Shown piece after piece: positions 39,973-53,887 of a stretch of DNA of 64,000 nt. A program made the position numbers and the translations under genes. Origin of the DNA: Phoronis australis (Eukaryota; Animalia; Phoronida); contig NMRA01000057.1 in assembly GCA_002633005.1 (NCBI GenBank), forward strand, positions 1,083,475-1,147,474, in the 5' to 3' direction. The notes beneath the pieces are model-generated. The model had not been told where the DNA came from. It saw only the letters and a list, made by a program, of their open reading frames with translations, and searched no databases. Position 1 is the stretch's first letter. The number at the start of each line of letters is the position of its first letter.

Positions 39973-42366
39973 ACTGTTATTGCCATGATGTTATTAGTTT
40001 TCTGTTAATCCTACATTTTCAATGAGTTTGTGAGACTGTTACCAAGTTTGCATTCATTTTTGACAACACGCAGTCAATAGTGTAGCATTGGCAAAATTCA
40101 TAGTGTAGAGGAAGAATCGTCGCGTGGCAGAATATTTCATATTTTTTTCTTTTACTTTCTGCCTTTAACGTTAGGAGAATTGCCACGACTTCTGTTTTGA
40201 TATGCCGAGGAATAAAGTTACTCCAAACGAATACTAAGACAAACATTCTTATCTGTATTTACTGACCTCGTGTAATACAGTGGTTTCGAATACTCTCGTC
40301 AATTGGTATAGGTTTTAGAGGACTTTTTCAAAAAATGATGTTTAAAGAGTATCATTCAGCAAATCTTCCACACTATTTTTCCCGTCTCGCAGACACATTT
40401 CTGGGCTCGCGCACAGAGCAACCCTGCCCCGGCACATACTCCCTGCTAGTTGACAAGAGCTATTTCCGAGATACGCTCGCGCGATATTCTCTTCTCTCGG
40501 GCGACTTTACATATTAAGGTTATTTCAAACCTTATTTAGTGGCCTCTATTCTAACTCGTATATCAAAAAAACTAAGCTTTGTCAACTAGTAAAAGTACAT
40601 ATTTTCTGAAAGGGCAAAGACCAGGAAATATAAATATACTTTTTGTACTTATTGGTCATTATTATTTTTACATGTAGATATAAAATTTCTAAGCACAAAT
40701 CATCCCTCAAAAGTTTTATTTCCTCCAATATTTAATTGTTCGTTTTAACCATAATTATTTAACGACTGCTATGAAGGTATCAGATATCATATACTTGCGA
40801 TTTTGATTACAGTAGGCCATAGGCACATCTGTCCACCGTATTCGAAGCTGTGCCAATATAAAAAGTAAGCAAACCATTTCAGTAAAAGGAGCGGGGGGTT
40901 TGGTCGCAGTGGACTGGCTAAAAAAAAGGTTGGCTAAATTCACGCTCATTTCGGCACACGCACATGGGTACTTTTCCCGATTACTTGCCTGTGAAACAGT
41001 TTCTAAATTACAGTTTGTAGCGCATTGATCACCACTTTTCAGAATAACCTAAGGTGTTTAGTTGAGGGGCAAAGCACTCAGTAAAAAGATCCATTTAAAC
41101 AATAAAAAAGGTCCTTGCTGAACTTAAGTTATGTTATTACATGCCTAATATACACCTCATTTCTTAACAGAAAAACATATATGAAAAAAGTCTTTATGAA
41201 TCTGCACTAGACAATGTTTTACACCAGTCGATATATTCTAAACTATTAATGAAAGTTTTGAATAACTATTCATTGCAAGTGTTTGTGAACAGGTACCACC
41301 GTACTGTCAGCGAAAAAACCTTGAGTACCGTCAGCTCAACATGCTACGAAGTCAGTGCAGTCACCAAGTCCGCGCAAAAAACAACACGCTACGCAACTTA
41401 ATTGCAGTGTCAATTCCACGGTCCCTTGAATAAGACATTGTTTTTCTTTAGAATAACATGGCAAAAACAGATGTTTCCTTCTTTCAGAAACTACTTTTGT
41501 TCATGACAGCTCAGAATATGTCGCGGCAATTTTCAATTTTGACACACGCATGATCGTTGTAGTTATCAATCCTGCCGACTGCAGGTGTTGCAGTTTTATA
41601 ATGGCGGTCACTCGAGATCGGCTGCCGCAAATGAACACCTCATAAAAACGGTGAATGCGTGAATAAAAAGAGCCTAATCGGTACAAGTAATACATTTTTG
41701 GAGGATTCAGAAAATATTAATATCAAGAATGTACGTTAATGGAGTCAGATTGTAAACAATAAACCGGATCAGAGTATTTAGGCAAAAACTGTTGTTCTCT
41801 TTTTTCCATTTTCCTTGGACCCACGCCGGTGTCGTGTCCAATAATGCATCTTTTCCAATGATGAATACAGAGGTGGTTTGCGTGGTCTGCGCATGCGCCA
41901 GTTTTTCGGCTTCCGGTTTTTGCTCAATAGTGCATCCAAGCATAGATTATAGACAACAGATTCGCAACTCCGGCATATTCTTACGAGCTGAGTTGACCTC
42001 TAATGACCTATCTGCTGCAGTTTCCGGTCAGTTTTAATTTGACGAGAAATACCTGCATCTACTTTACTGTCCAAAACAGCGAAAAAAACATTAATTTATA
42101 TTATTTTCGGTATTGAAACGCTTTTAAAAGTCTTTCAATAGTAGAAGTGTTGGTATTGTGAGTACTTTTGGCAATGCTACTGGTAATTAATTTCAAAATT
42201 CAAACTTCGGTTCCGACCCTTTATGTCGTCTGCTTGCCCAATAGCAGCATAGTTATCGGACAGTTTTTGATTTACGGTTCACATAGGCCGCCTACTGAGA
42301 AAACTACGAAAGCGTGTTGATAAATCAACATTCTCAAGTGAGCAGTTCTTCTGGGAAGTGTTGAGT

Positions 42367-42427
42367 GGCCCTTAAAAGGGCCGTTGGTTGTAGGTATAGC
42401 GTGAAATGGTTCTTAAAAGAACCGTTG
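42367..42427 (-). promoter_or_regulatory. Two tandem replication-dependent histone mRNA 3' stem-loops
   Basis: The minus strand reads caac-GGTTCT-TTTA-AGAACC (42423-42408) then ccaac-GGCCCT-TTTA-AGGGCC-ac (42382-42367). A purine-rich cagaagaa follows about 13 nt downstream (HDE-like). Confidence 0.8.
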
Positions 42428-42454
42428 AATAATTCAACATAAATCACACAGTAT

Positions 42455-43260
42455 NNNNNNNNNNNNNNNNNNNNNNNNNNNNNNNNNNNNNNNNNNNNNN
42501 NNNNNNNNNNNNNNNNNNNNNNNNNNNNNNNNNNNNNNNNNNNNNNNNNNNNNNNNNNNNNNNNNNNNNNNNNNNNNNNNNNNNNNNNNNNNNNNNNNNN
42601 NNNNNNNNNNNNNNNNNNNNNNNNNNNNNNNNNNNNNNNNNNNNNNNNNNNNNNNNNNNNNNNNNNNNNNNNNNNNNNNNNNNNNNNNNNNNNNNNNNNN
42701 NNNNNNNNNNNNNNNNNNNNNNNNNNNNNNNNNNNNNNNNNNNNNNNNNNNNNNNNNNNNNNNNNNNNNNNNNNNNNNNNNNNNNNNNNNNNNNNNNNNN
42801 NNNNNNNNNNNNNNNNNNNNNNNNNNNNNNNNNNNNNNNNNNNNNNNNNNNNNNNNNNNNNNNNNNNNNNNNNNNNNNNNNNNNNNNNNNNNNNNNNNNN
42901 NNNNNNNNNNNNNNNNNNNNNNNNNNNNNNNNNNNNNNNNNNNNNNNNNNNNNNNNNNNNNNNNNNNNNNNNNNNNNNNNNNNNNNNNNNNNNNNNNNNN
43001 NNNNNNNNNNNNNNNNNNNNNNNNNNNNNNNNNNNNNNNNNNNNNNNNNNNNNNNNNNNNNNNNNNNNNNNNNNNNNNNNNNNNNNNNNNNNNNNNNNNN
43101 NNNNNNNNNNNNNNNNNNNNNNNNNNNNNNNNNNNNNNNNNNNNNNNNNNNNNNNNNNNNNNNNNNNNNNNNNNNNNNNNNNNNNNNNNNNNNNNNNNNN
43201 NNNNNNNNNNNNNNNNNNNNNNNNNNNNNNNNNNNNNNNNNNNNNNNNNNNNNNNNNNNN
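42455..43260. other. Assembly gap
   Basis: Run of about 806 N. Confidence 1.
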
Positions 43261-45083
43261 AATGGAATTCCTCATCATGACGGCGCAAGCGGAATTCTCT
43301 GTCGGCGTAGCTGTAATGATGAGTTTTGATGATTCGTTTGTCGTGACTGGTCTATACCACTCATGGTGGAGTAACTAGGGTTCAGTGTAGTGCTCTGTAT
43401 GTAGACAGAGGTCATGAGCCTTGCTGATTCTTTTTCAGTCAGCTGTAAGCAGTCAGGCATCTGAAAAGGTAGAAAATTGTGCCGGGGCGGTGGAGCAAAG
43501 CACTGATGAGTGGTGAGATATTTCAAACTAAGAGCAGACGTTAGAATTTACGAGTGTTAGATTGTTTGCATTCTGAGCTGTGGTATCAAGCATTTTTGCA
43601 TTTTGTATGGCTTTGTCTTTGTTTGCTTTCTCTGTGAGCTTGGGCTCAGCATTTGAGTATGGTAAAAACCATTGTCTGATGTCAGCTCAACATTTGAGTG
43701 TGGTGAAATCATGTGCTACTATTGTTTTAGCTCTAGTCAAAACACGGAGTCCTGTTTACCGTCTGGTTGTGCTAAAAAGAGGAAGTTAAAGGAAGATGAC
43801 ATTTTGGGTGACAAGTCGACGAAAGCTCCGCGCAAATCAGAGCAGACAGGGAGCAGTGTTCAGGTTTGCAATTTTTTCTGTTAGCATTGACGTGTATCAT
43901 TTATAAGTCGAGAAAAAGTTGCATTGGGGAAAACTGAAATTGGATGCTGAGCAACACAAGAACAGAGTTTTTAAATTAAAGTACTACATGGACTGTTTCA
44001 TAATAAAGAAGCCTTTTATATGCGTTTATCTTGTGTGATAACTCGACATGTCTGTTGAGGTTAATGGCTGCATCAGCTATTATGAAAGTGTTCTGATGTT
44101 CTTAATGTTGTTACAAGTCCATATTCTGTCAAAAGAACGTACTTTTAATTTGGACCACTTGCCACTTCTTGGTAGAATTTTGTTGTCTTTTTTCAGCCAA
44201 GTGTTTTGAGATTAAGAAGTCTTCGAAAGGCAAAACCTGACCTGGAGGATGGCGAGATACTTATTAACAAAAAGTACGTAGAATATGTAAACTGAGACTA
44301 ATTAGTTCCACGATTCAATGTTCTGATAGATTTCCATTTGCAGAAGATGATTAGAACTTGATGTGTGCTTTAAAGGCACATTATCGAAAAGAAACGTGGT
44401 TCTCTGATATCAGCTTCAGTGTGGAATCAAATGTGGAGCCCTCACAGTTGCGATCTAACGTTCTGTTGGCAGAGCTAAGTCCTGCCAGATAACTGGCCGA
44501 GTACTTTAAGCGTATGTAACTAGTAAAGTTACCGACATTCATTTCAGAAAATGTCTGGCTAGAATTGATGACTTGTAATGGAATCGCAAAAATTCAACGG
44601 ATTTAATCTATCCCCTCCAACAGTAATCTCAAAAATCCTTTTTTGGCTATAAAACAATATTTTCCCTTTAAAATGTAATGGCATATGTTAATTATTCATC
44701 TTGATTGAAATTTTAATACTTAATTACTTATGTCTTTTTCAGGCGTCGCAAGTGCTGTGTGAGTATAAATTTGAGGCTTAAGACTGATAGAGTATTATAT
44801 TATTATACGTCAATTTCACCAATTCATTTAACGTACGGGTCGTACGTGCATTCAGTTTGTGTTCGGTCATCTTTCACTTCTTTTGCACAAAAACAGTTCT
44901 CAAAATTGGCGGTTTGTTTTCCCGATAACGATTTTTCAAAGACTGATCACATTCCTACAAACAATGGGAAATTTACCAAATGTTGTTTTATAACATCTGC
45001 TAAAATTAGACTTAAACTAAATCATTATTTTGTATAAGAAAATAAATATCTCTTATTCGCCTTATTGTGGTCTAAATAGATGA

Positions 45084-45649
45084 GGGCTGTTCCAGCAAAA
45101 TCGTGTGGGAGGGGGGGAAGGCAACTGAAATAAAAATTTATGGGTGGTTGCGTTTGATTTAAATTCAAAATGGCTGGTGGTCGTACTTCAAAAAAATAAA
45201 AATTTACAGGTCGTTGTTTCATTGGGCCATAAATGTTTGATGGTGGGTAATTTTAGTAAATTTTATAAACAATCTGCACAGAATCAAAAACTGAAACAGA
45301 AATGGAACTTGCAAAAAGCTCCGACTTTTTCACTCCCTCCGATCTCCTCATCCGCATGCCCATAACTCCATTTAACCACAGGTGCTCGAATTTCTCGATG
45401 GCTAATAACTGTATATAAGAAACGTATGTTTCTTAGTAATGAATGACGTTAGTGGTGACGGAGGAACACATAAACTCAAGCACCTGTGCAGTCAACCACA
45501 AGAACAAAAAAAAATTACGGGTGGTTGCATTTCAAACTTATAAAAAATTACGGGTGGTAGGCTGAAGAAATAAAAGAAAAATATGGGTGGTGGGTGCGAA
45601 AAAAAGGTGCCTTCCCCCCCCTCCCATACAGATTTTACTGGAACAGCCC
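45084..45649. mobile_element. PIF/Harbinger-like MITE
   Basis: TIRs of about 40 bp (gggctgttccagcaaaatcgtgtgggaggggggaaggca / tgccttcccccccctcccatacagattttactggaacagccc) flanked by tga/tta. Internal repeated gggtggt motif. Confidence 0.7.
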
Positions 45650-45866
45650 TTATCTAAAAATTATAGTTCAGCTTCAGTTTAAACAATTTCTGTACATAAG
45701 TAAAAAATAACGGCATTTGTCTTATATGTTAATGAATTAATATATTTACACATTGATTAATACTGTTTTGTTGTCTTTCCTTGCAGTCCTGGCATCACAG
45801 AAAGATAAGCTGAGTTGCAGACTTTGTGAGCGACAACAAGAACAATGTGCATTGTCAGTCATGTCA

Positions 45867-46736
45867 GGCCTGAGTTATGCTAGTATTTTGGCTCTCGTAG
45901 TCGGCCAAGTTTAAAGACAATTGTTTTTAGTCTTCTAGGCTTTCATTAGACACTATAAATATGTTGTGTGCCAAATTTCATAGTTGTGCTCTTGATATTG
46001 TAGATTTTGGAAGCGATTTTGATTTGAGAATGCCTTATGGGCGAGAACTTCATATTTGGCCTGAGTCATGCTAGCTTTTTGGCTCTCTTAGTCAGCCAAG
46101 TTTAAAGACAATTGTTGTTGTCTGGTAGATTTTCATTAGACACTATAAATATGTTGTGTGCCAAATTTCATGATTGTCCTCTTGATATTGTGGATTTTGG
46201 AAGCGATTTTGCTTTGACTTTGCATAAAAATGAGCAAGAATTTCATGTGTAGCCTGAGTTACACTAGCTTTTTGGCTCTCATACTCAGCCAATTTGAAAG
46301 ACAATTGTTTTTGTCTTCTAGATTTTCATTAGACACTATAAATATGTTGTGTGCCAAATTTCATGATTGTGCTCGTGATATTGTAGATTTTGGAAACGAT
46401 TTTGATTTGACTTTGCATAAGAATGAGCTAAGAATTTCATGTGTGGCCTGAGTTATGCTAGCGTTTTGGCTCTCATAGTCAGCCAAGTTTAAAGACAATT
46501 GTTGTTGTCTTCTAGATTTTCATTAGACACTATAAATATGTTGTGTGCCAAATTTCGTAGTTGTGCTCTTGATTTTGTAGATTTCGGAAGCGATTTTGCT
46601 TTGACTTTGCATAAGAATGAGCAAGAATTTCATGTTTGGCCTGAGTTATGCTAGCTTTTTGGCTCTCATAGTCAGCCAAGTTTAAAGACAATTGTTGTCT
46701 TCTAAATTTTCATTAGACACTATAAATATGTTGTGT
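45867..46736. repeat. Satellite array, ~193-bp unit, ~4.5 copies
   Basis: Units start (g/a)gcctgagt at 45867, 46058, 46251, 46445 and 46638, with the conserved core ttcattagacactataaatatgttgtgtgccaaatttc. Confidence 0.95.
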
Positions 46737-47155
46737 AGCAAACTCGGCTTCAACACTCCTATTTTGAAAACTCTGTTATTCCACCAGTACATGACAGTTT
46801 TCTGAATCACTTCATAGAGCTGCAATAGTGTTATCTCTACGATTCGATCATTTCGAGTAACCGGGCCTCGAATTCTGAGATAGGAGTCCAGGGACTGTCG
46901 CCATCTGGATGCCACAGACTTGCACCACGGAAAAGCACATTCATCTTTTCAAACAATGTCTCAAGAAGCGCTCTGGTATCAACCTGTGTTGCTGATTACA
47001 TTCTGTCTCCAACCTTACGACACCTTGCATCACAGTCTGTAGCCAGCAGGATGCGAAACTGTGGACTGCTTCAGGGTTACTGATAATTTTTGCCAGGAAG
47101 CAATAATGGGATTGCTGGATATTGCCTCATTGACGGCATACCAGCCCTTAACCTT

Positions 47156-50100
47156 TTACAAGCTCAACAACAATTCTCTGAATTTCATTCCAACTAAACC
47201 CGGAATTCCACACGGATCAACTATATTCTGAAGAGATAATGCACACGCACCACTGGAGCAGGAAACACAAGGCCTGTAGTAGGCGATTGACTTAGGTGTC
47301 CTGGTGCAAGGAGTGGCTGTCTGCTGGCTCACAGAGGGCGGCGACACCGGTATTGTTGACGGCAGCCCAAAGTCATGAACCACAGGAGCAGGAAAAACAA
47401 GCCCTGGCTTGGGCAGCAGCTTCTTTGCAGGTGGCGTTGAAAACTTGGCAGCAATTTCAGGTTTTGGTGGCAAATCCTGTTCCAATACACGCTTTTCTAA
47501 AGCCTTTTGTCTGTTATTCCACCAGTATATTACCGTTTTTTGGTTCACCTCGTACAGTTGAATGTTTGTTTCATCCATAATTCTGTCATGTCGTGTGACG
47601 AAACCACAGATCCTGTGGTAGCAGTCCAACATCTGCCTCCATCTGAATGTCCCAGGTGTACCTGATGGAAAGAAACGTTCCAGCCATTCGAACAATGCCT
47701 CAACAAGAGGGCTGGCATCCAAGTGTGTTGTTGGACCACCACAGGAACCAATAGTGGCTTTTCTCAAGCTCACCACACCTGACGCCACCGTCTGGCTTCG
47801 TTTGGAGGCAAAGCGTCCTGTGTGCTTCTGGTTTTGCCTGAACCGACGAGGGTACATAACTCTTGACTCCTTCACGGACATGGGCAATTTCTGCCAGGCA
47901 GCAATGATGCGGGTGGCCATTGCTTCAGTGATGGCTTGACAGTTTCTAGCTTTAAAAATCTCATCCGCAAGACCCTGAATTTCGGCCCAACCCATGATTC
48001 CACGTGGACCGACGGCCTTCTGAAAGAATATTAGCGCACAGTTGAGACACTAGTTTAGTGCAAAACATGACAGTCAATACAAAACGGTAAAGATTATTAC
48101 TTACATCTGCAATGACTGTGTCTGTGAAGATAGTGGTATCTGTATCCTGTTCAATAAACCCCTCGTCTTCCTCACCCTCCACCTCCACCTGGTCAAGGTT
48201 GTCAGGCACCTAAATCCATGGAAAAACGTAAATACATAATTCTGTCCAAGTATTTGATAATGACGTAGTTTTTATACTAAATTTTCATTTATTTTGAGCT
48301 ATATTACCTCTGGGTCAATGGTGGGCTGGAGCCAAACCTTTCCAGTCTGTGAGTTCAGGTACTCTATACCCAGCAGCTCTCCTGTGTATTGGGCAGGTTC
48401 CTGGCGTCCTGTGTGGCTTGTCCTGTACAACACTTTGTGTAGCCTGTCAACTTCATGACAAAGGGCATTGTCAAAGGTCCTCATATGACCTTTTTCCACA
48501 GAAGCTGCCTCAGCCCTGAGGTCGTTCCATCGACCGATACCCTCCAGCAGATATGCCTGGAAATTGGCGTCACTGGCTTTGGTACCTGTAATACAGTCAC
48601 AAAGTATTTTCACATAATAGTAAGCACAAAACTAGGATAGGGTAGCTACCGATATCTCCCTAGTGTGTCAATATTTACAGCAATGATATTTCACCAAAGG
48701 TATTCTGAGTTTACACAGTATTTATCACAATGGTCTTCTCAAACCTGACTTACCAGGCACAAACCTGTTGATATGCAGGTGAAAACTCTCTAAGGAGGTT
48801 GAACCTCTAGCACACCTGTAAACAACCAGCTCTACACCTCCTATCGTCTTGGTGCCGATCTGTGTGTATAATTGCACTCTCTCTGGGTCTTGGATGCAGG
48901 GCAGATGGTGTTGCTGCTCTTTCAAGATTACTTGTGTCAGCTCCTTGTCCACAAGGACCACACCCATGGTGTCACGTCCTCTGTCTCCACTGAATGTTTC
49001 CAGCAGCTCAGTGATGAGTTCCATGGTAGCCTCCACACCACGAGTCCTTCGCTGGCAATGAAGTTGCAGCTCCATTTTTGTGATACTTCGAGCCACTAAG
49101 GAGTCATTGACCTCCCAAATGCCTTCAGCGGTCAACTTGGCCGATTTTGCCTGTCGCAACCTCTCCAAGTCTTCAGGATCCCACTCATAGATGGCAGCAG
49201 AGACATAAACGTGGGGTAAAGGGAGTGAGTCTCGGAGCACACAGACCCGGACAGTCTCCTAATGCAGTGCCTTTTGTCAAGCCGCCAATCACCAAACAAT
49301 TCATTTATACGCTGCGAGCAGCAATCCCGATCCACGTATAAAACACTAGAGGCCGTCACATTCGCATCACTATATCGCTTCATGAGACTATCGACCATGT
49401 CGCGCGGACCTTCTCCTTCGGACTCCGTTACCACAGAAACGAGTACTTGTCCAAACTCGTTTCCAACATTGGTTACCCACATGGCAGTGTCAGCAGCCCG
49501 GCCAGCAAGTTTCTTGGTCAACTGAAATAAACGAGCCATTTTGGTACCTAACACAATACAAAAGCAAACCTTACTTAACACAACCTACAACCTTACACTA
49601 CAATTCTTATTTTCTTTTTCTTTTTATTGATGATAAGCAATGTAACACCTTCAAAGATTTGCCCATAGTTGTTCATAATCTTCAACAGCGCGGGGGAATC
49701 ACAAACAGTAATGCCTCAAGCAATGGAAGTGATACCTTTTTCGTTGAATCCATTTTGAGCACCGACCCAAAAGTGGATGTTATCTTGGCCTTGACCTGGT
49801 CCAGTGACTGTACAACATCGAGGAGGTAGAGTTGCAGGAACCATGGGTACAGTGGTACTTTCACCATCTCTGGTAGGTTAGGCGGAGTTGGCAGTATAAT
49901 CATGCCCCTGTTAGCCTGACGCTTGTAAGGTTCCACTGCCTGAAGGAACAACAGCATCCTCTCAAGGTGGCACTCACTGTGTTGTTCCAGAATTTTGTTG
50001 TGGAGCTGGGATGAGGAGTTCCTCTCTCTCATTAGTTTCACCACCTTCAGGGCACATGACAACCTAGAATGTAATTCAAAATGAAACCAACATTTTTACT

Positions 50101-53100
50101 TGAGGGCTATTGAGCCAACTGAATGGCGATTTATACACCATATTCAATAACACCTAAGTTTATAAGAAATCAAGTGCTTTGTCAACTAGGAATTTTGACA
50201 TGGAGTCCGACTACCAGCAGCAGGCCTTACTTGTAGGTTAACAGAGCTGGGAAGAGATGTCTGAAGCCAAGGCTCAATTGTTAGTATGTGTGTCGACCAA
50301 GCCGGGAACTTCTTGCGGCACCGCTTGCATTCTAGGTACTCAGTGCCGATCAGATACCATTCACTGACATCCAGCACTCGTCTGAGTGTTCGGTACATGC
50401 CAGCTTGAGTGAGGTGAAGCTGTATAAGATATGGAAGTATACAACAGTGAAGAAATGAATTGGAAGATATGCAGTCAGACGCTATCATGCTAAGCTATCA
50501 CTTTAAAAAATACCGTCTGCTAAAGTAGTTTACTACAGCACTTGCCAATGGAGACGAAATGTAAACGAAGCAATTCAAGACTATGGAGCAATGTTGACTG
50601 GGCCCATAAGTCTATCAATGTGCTGTGTCCTGGTAAGACTTCAACTCCACATCTTTATATTGGGATGTGAATGTGACGCAACCAGACCACACTGCTTCCA
50701 CAATCCCTCTCAATACTTACATCTTCCTTGTTTTGCTTCTGTCGCGACCTGCACTCTTCATCGCAAAGAAACTTTAATCCCATGGAGCGCTGCAGAGTCC
50801 ACAGAAAGAGCTTTCGCATGAGAAAGCTTTCTGCACTTTTGGGAGACTGTGAAGGTTGGGTTCAGGTGGGTGGTACCACATTCTGAGATCCTGTCTGTTC
50901 TCTGACTTCTCAGTGCGAGAACTAACTGTGTACAGCTCCTTACATAACCATTTCTGCTCCGGAAGTGTGAGAACCTCCTGCCAGGTTTTTGGAAGAGCAT
51001 TCTGTAAAAGTGACAACACGAACATCAAAAACTTTCAACTTCAAATTTGTCTCAAGTGAAGAGCTACAGCTGGCATGATTTCGACGAAGCTTAACAGAAA
51101 ACACATCATCAATAAAAAAACAAAAACTTACACTACTAGCATAAAATATATCTATAATAGAAATGCATTATGAATACAAAGAAGCAATGTTGTTTGTCAC
51201 AATTACATCCGAGTGACTGCAACTCCTGTTGTTGAGACATTACCTCATCAATGGTGACTTGTGTTGGTGGCAGAGTAAATACTTGAGGCACGTCCACATT
51301 TGGAACTGAGGGTGGTAGACTAGGTATTCGGAACAAAGGGTCAACCAGCGGTGTATCCACTAGGACCTGGTACGGGTGTTTCTGCAAAAGGGGTACAAAT
51401 GCGGTTGAGGAATACCATATGACATCTGTATTGTGAACAGTTGTAAAATATTTTGTTGATTATTAAATAACAAGCATTTAATTAAGCTGGGTTTAAGAAA
51501 CTGCTTTCAGTCTCAACGAGCACACGTAAATGAGCAGTGCACCGGAGAGGAAAACAAGTGAACTCTTATGGAGATTAATTGGTTAATGTCAATAGTACAA
51601 AATTGTTCATACTCAAATAGGTATCAATGTATCATACAAGGAAGGTCTTTGCTTTTATATTCATGATTGTTCTACTAGCAGAACGTTACAAATTAATCTC
51701 ACGTTAGCTCTCGACTCACCACACAACAAGAGAAGTGAATACCAGAGGCTACACACTAACATAGTGTGAACCAAACTGAAAAATAATGGGCTGTAAATAT
51801 GAACATTATGGTACTAGTAATTAGTTTATGGTTGCTAATCAAAACTGAAATCCACATTCCCCGTGCATCATGCTTAAAACACGAGACAAAAGTAATCAGG
51901 CAAAATATCGGCTAAATTTGTGAACACCAAAAATTATTATAGCAATTGATTTCTGGCTTAGCCATTTTTACTAACCCTCCAGTTGTCATGACCTGTGAAT
52001 TCGTGTCACTTTGTTTAACTATTTTAGGCATGTATTGTTAGACAAAGATTAACCAAGACATCAAACAAAATACCATTATTTGAAATCAGTTAGTAAGACA
52101 CATAACCATGCAGTAAGAGGGTATGGACACAATACACTGGCTGTACTTAATAAATAACTTGAGCTCATCATTTAAATCACTTGGTGACAACAGTAGCAAA
52201 ATTCAATATCGCGCTTTGAGTAAGGCCATTGGAATTAGTATTTAGAAGTACCACCACTGTATAGTGTCCACACTGAGGACATGACATCTTCAGCAAGCAA
52301 ATCTCATATACCTTTGGGAATCTGCTGCTCTATTAGCTGGGCAGCCTTGACCAAACAGACATCGTCAAGGTCCTCATCTATCTGTGGTTGGCTACTCGCT
52401 TCAGATGCCCTGGTTTTCTCCACCCTTTCTCTCTCATCTTTTAGATAGCGGTACCGGTTCGCTTGTGTCACCAATGGGAACATGTTGCAGTATCTGCAAC
52501 AAAGCATTAATTGGTATCTTCTTCAAATGCTAGAACAATGTGTACATGAAGTAACAGCAATTCTTAAGTTGATCAGAAATAGTAAACATGAACTCAAATC
52601 CTATATTGTGTACATTGTATGTACCAAAATTATAATAATTAACAAAAGTTCACCTGAGCAGGGCTTCCTTGTTATCAAACTGTGGATCTGGGCACCGTGG
52701 GATTTTCCCCTGGGACTTAGAGAGCTGGTGAGATGCCATCACCATTGTCGTCTACCCCATGTCGTTTTTCAGTAGCCACATGAAAGTTTTCCCCCTGTAC
52801 ATGCCGAACTGGAGTTCACTCATTGACAGAACTGATTCTGCATCAGAAGTGTCTCCCCCGCAGTCTCTGACTCTCTTCTTTGCATCTTCTTCCACCTAGA
52901 TTGAGCGGAATGGGGATACACATATGAGGCAACTGGAAATTATATATACCGTACATATACATATACGTATATATATATATATTGACAAACTCAGGTCCTC
53001 ACAACCGATGTCATCAAGAACACAAATAATATCAGTAATGTTGTGTGTGGCCAGTGGATTTAAGTTACTCAGAAAGTTATAGTGAGATTGATGCCAATAA

Positions 53101-53303
53101 AGAATCATTACCCTTAGTATAAATTTTAACCAGATATTAATATGCGTTTATTAAATTACCCACCTGTTCTTTCATAAGTTGCTGACCAAAGGCTTTGTTC
53201 AGTTTTTGCTTTTTGATGTTGGCAGCAACAAGCTTGGACCTGTCTGTCCTGACAAGCCGCAACTGTCTTTGAACAACACAAAATTGGGCTTTCGTGCCAG
53301 CAT
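47156..53303 (-). pseudogene. Dada-type DDE transposase, ~11 exons, disabled
   Basis: Exons with GT-AG boundaries at about 53303-53160, 52895-52654 (QFGMYRGKTFMWLL), 52493-52312, 51381-51244, 51001-50721 (MWYHPPEP), 50419-50231 (YLECKRC), 50063-49736 (VLKMDSTKK), 49521-48754 (NEFGQVL, YVDRDCC, RLDKRH, YRCARGSTSLESFH), 48585-48308 (FQAYLLEGIGRWN), 48209-48105 and 48019-47156. There is a frameshift near 49200-49240 and an in-frame stop near 52753. Confidence 0.8.
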
Positions 53304-53502
53304 TTTCTATAAGAACAATGAACTCCAGCTTCGGTCAATTATTCTTGAGTGCTTACATGTGCCCGTGCCAAGGGCATGAGGTTTGCCGAGTAGAAAAGGC
53401 CTTTAGTAATTTGTTTCCCGGCCAAAGAGTCACATGGTCATGCTTTGGCGATGGCTTTGTAATCACGAACGTTTAGCCCCTAAACCTTTTGATTGCACTC
53501 CA

Positions 53503-53760
53503 ACAGCCGATTTCATAAAGGTGGTTTAAAGTTAAACCAGGTTTAAACTGGACTTAGACCAGGTTTAATGATAATCTGCATTTCATAAAGGTGGTTTAAC
53601 TTTTAGACCAGTGGTCTTGTAAAACCTGGTTTAACTCCAGTTTAGACCTGGTCTAAGTCAGTTTTCATTTCACCAACGAGGTCTATATTCTTTAGACCTG
53701 TATTAAGATCTTAAACCATGTTTAACTTTAGACTTGGTCAGACCCAGGTTTAACTGTTGA
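53503..53760 (+). mobile_element. Harbinger-like terminal fragment (TTAAACC/TTAGACC motif array)
   Basis: gatttcataaaggtggtttaa occurs twice, with many ttaaacc/ttagacc motifs in both orientations, as in Harbinger subterminal regions. No second TIR found. Confidence 0.4.
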
Positions 53761-53887
53761 ATATGTCAGACTTTCATGGTATAGGTACAACTGAACGATG
53801 TCGCGGTGTGCAATTACGACGCAGTTTTAGAGCGAAAATGGACTATTTTCATTATTTAGGTTTACTACGACACCAGATCAAACGTAA

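Noticed and set aside
42334-43288. 314-aa and 284-aa ORFs
   Set aside because: Artefacts of translating through the N gap.
43282-43289. GGCGCAAG as the left target-site duplication of the Dada element
   Set aside because: Only an 8-mer, roughly expected by chance in 64 kb. The preceding bases (catcatgac) do not match U6 well, and unrelated sequence lies between it and the transposase.
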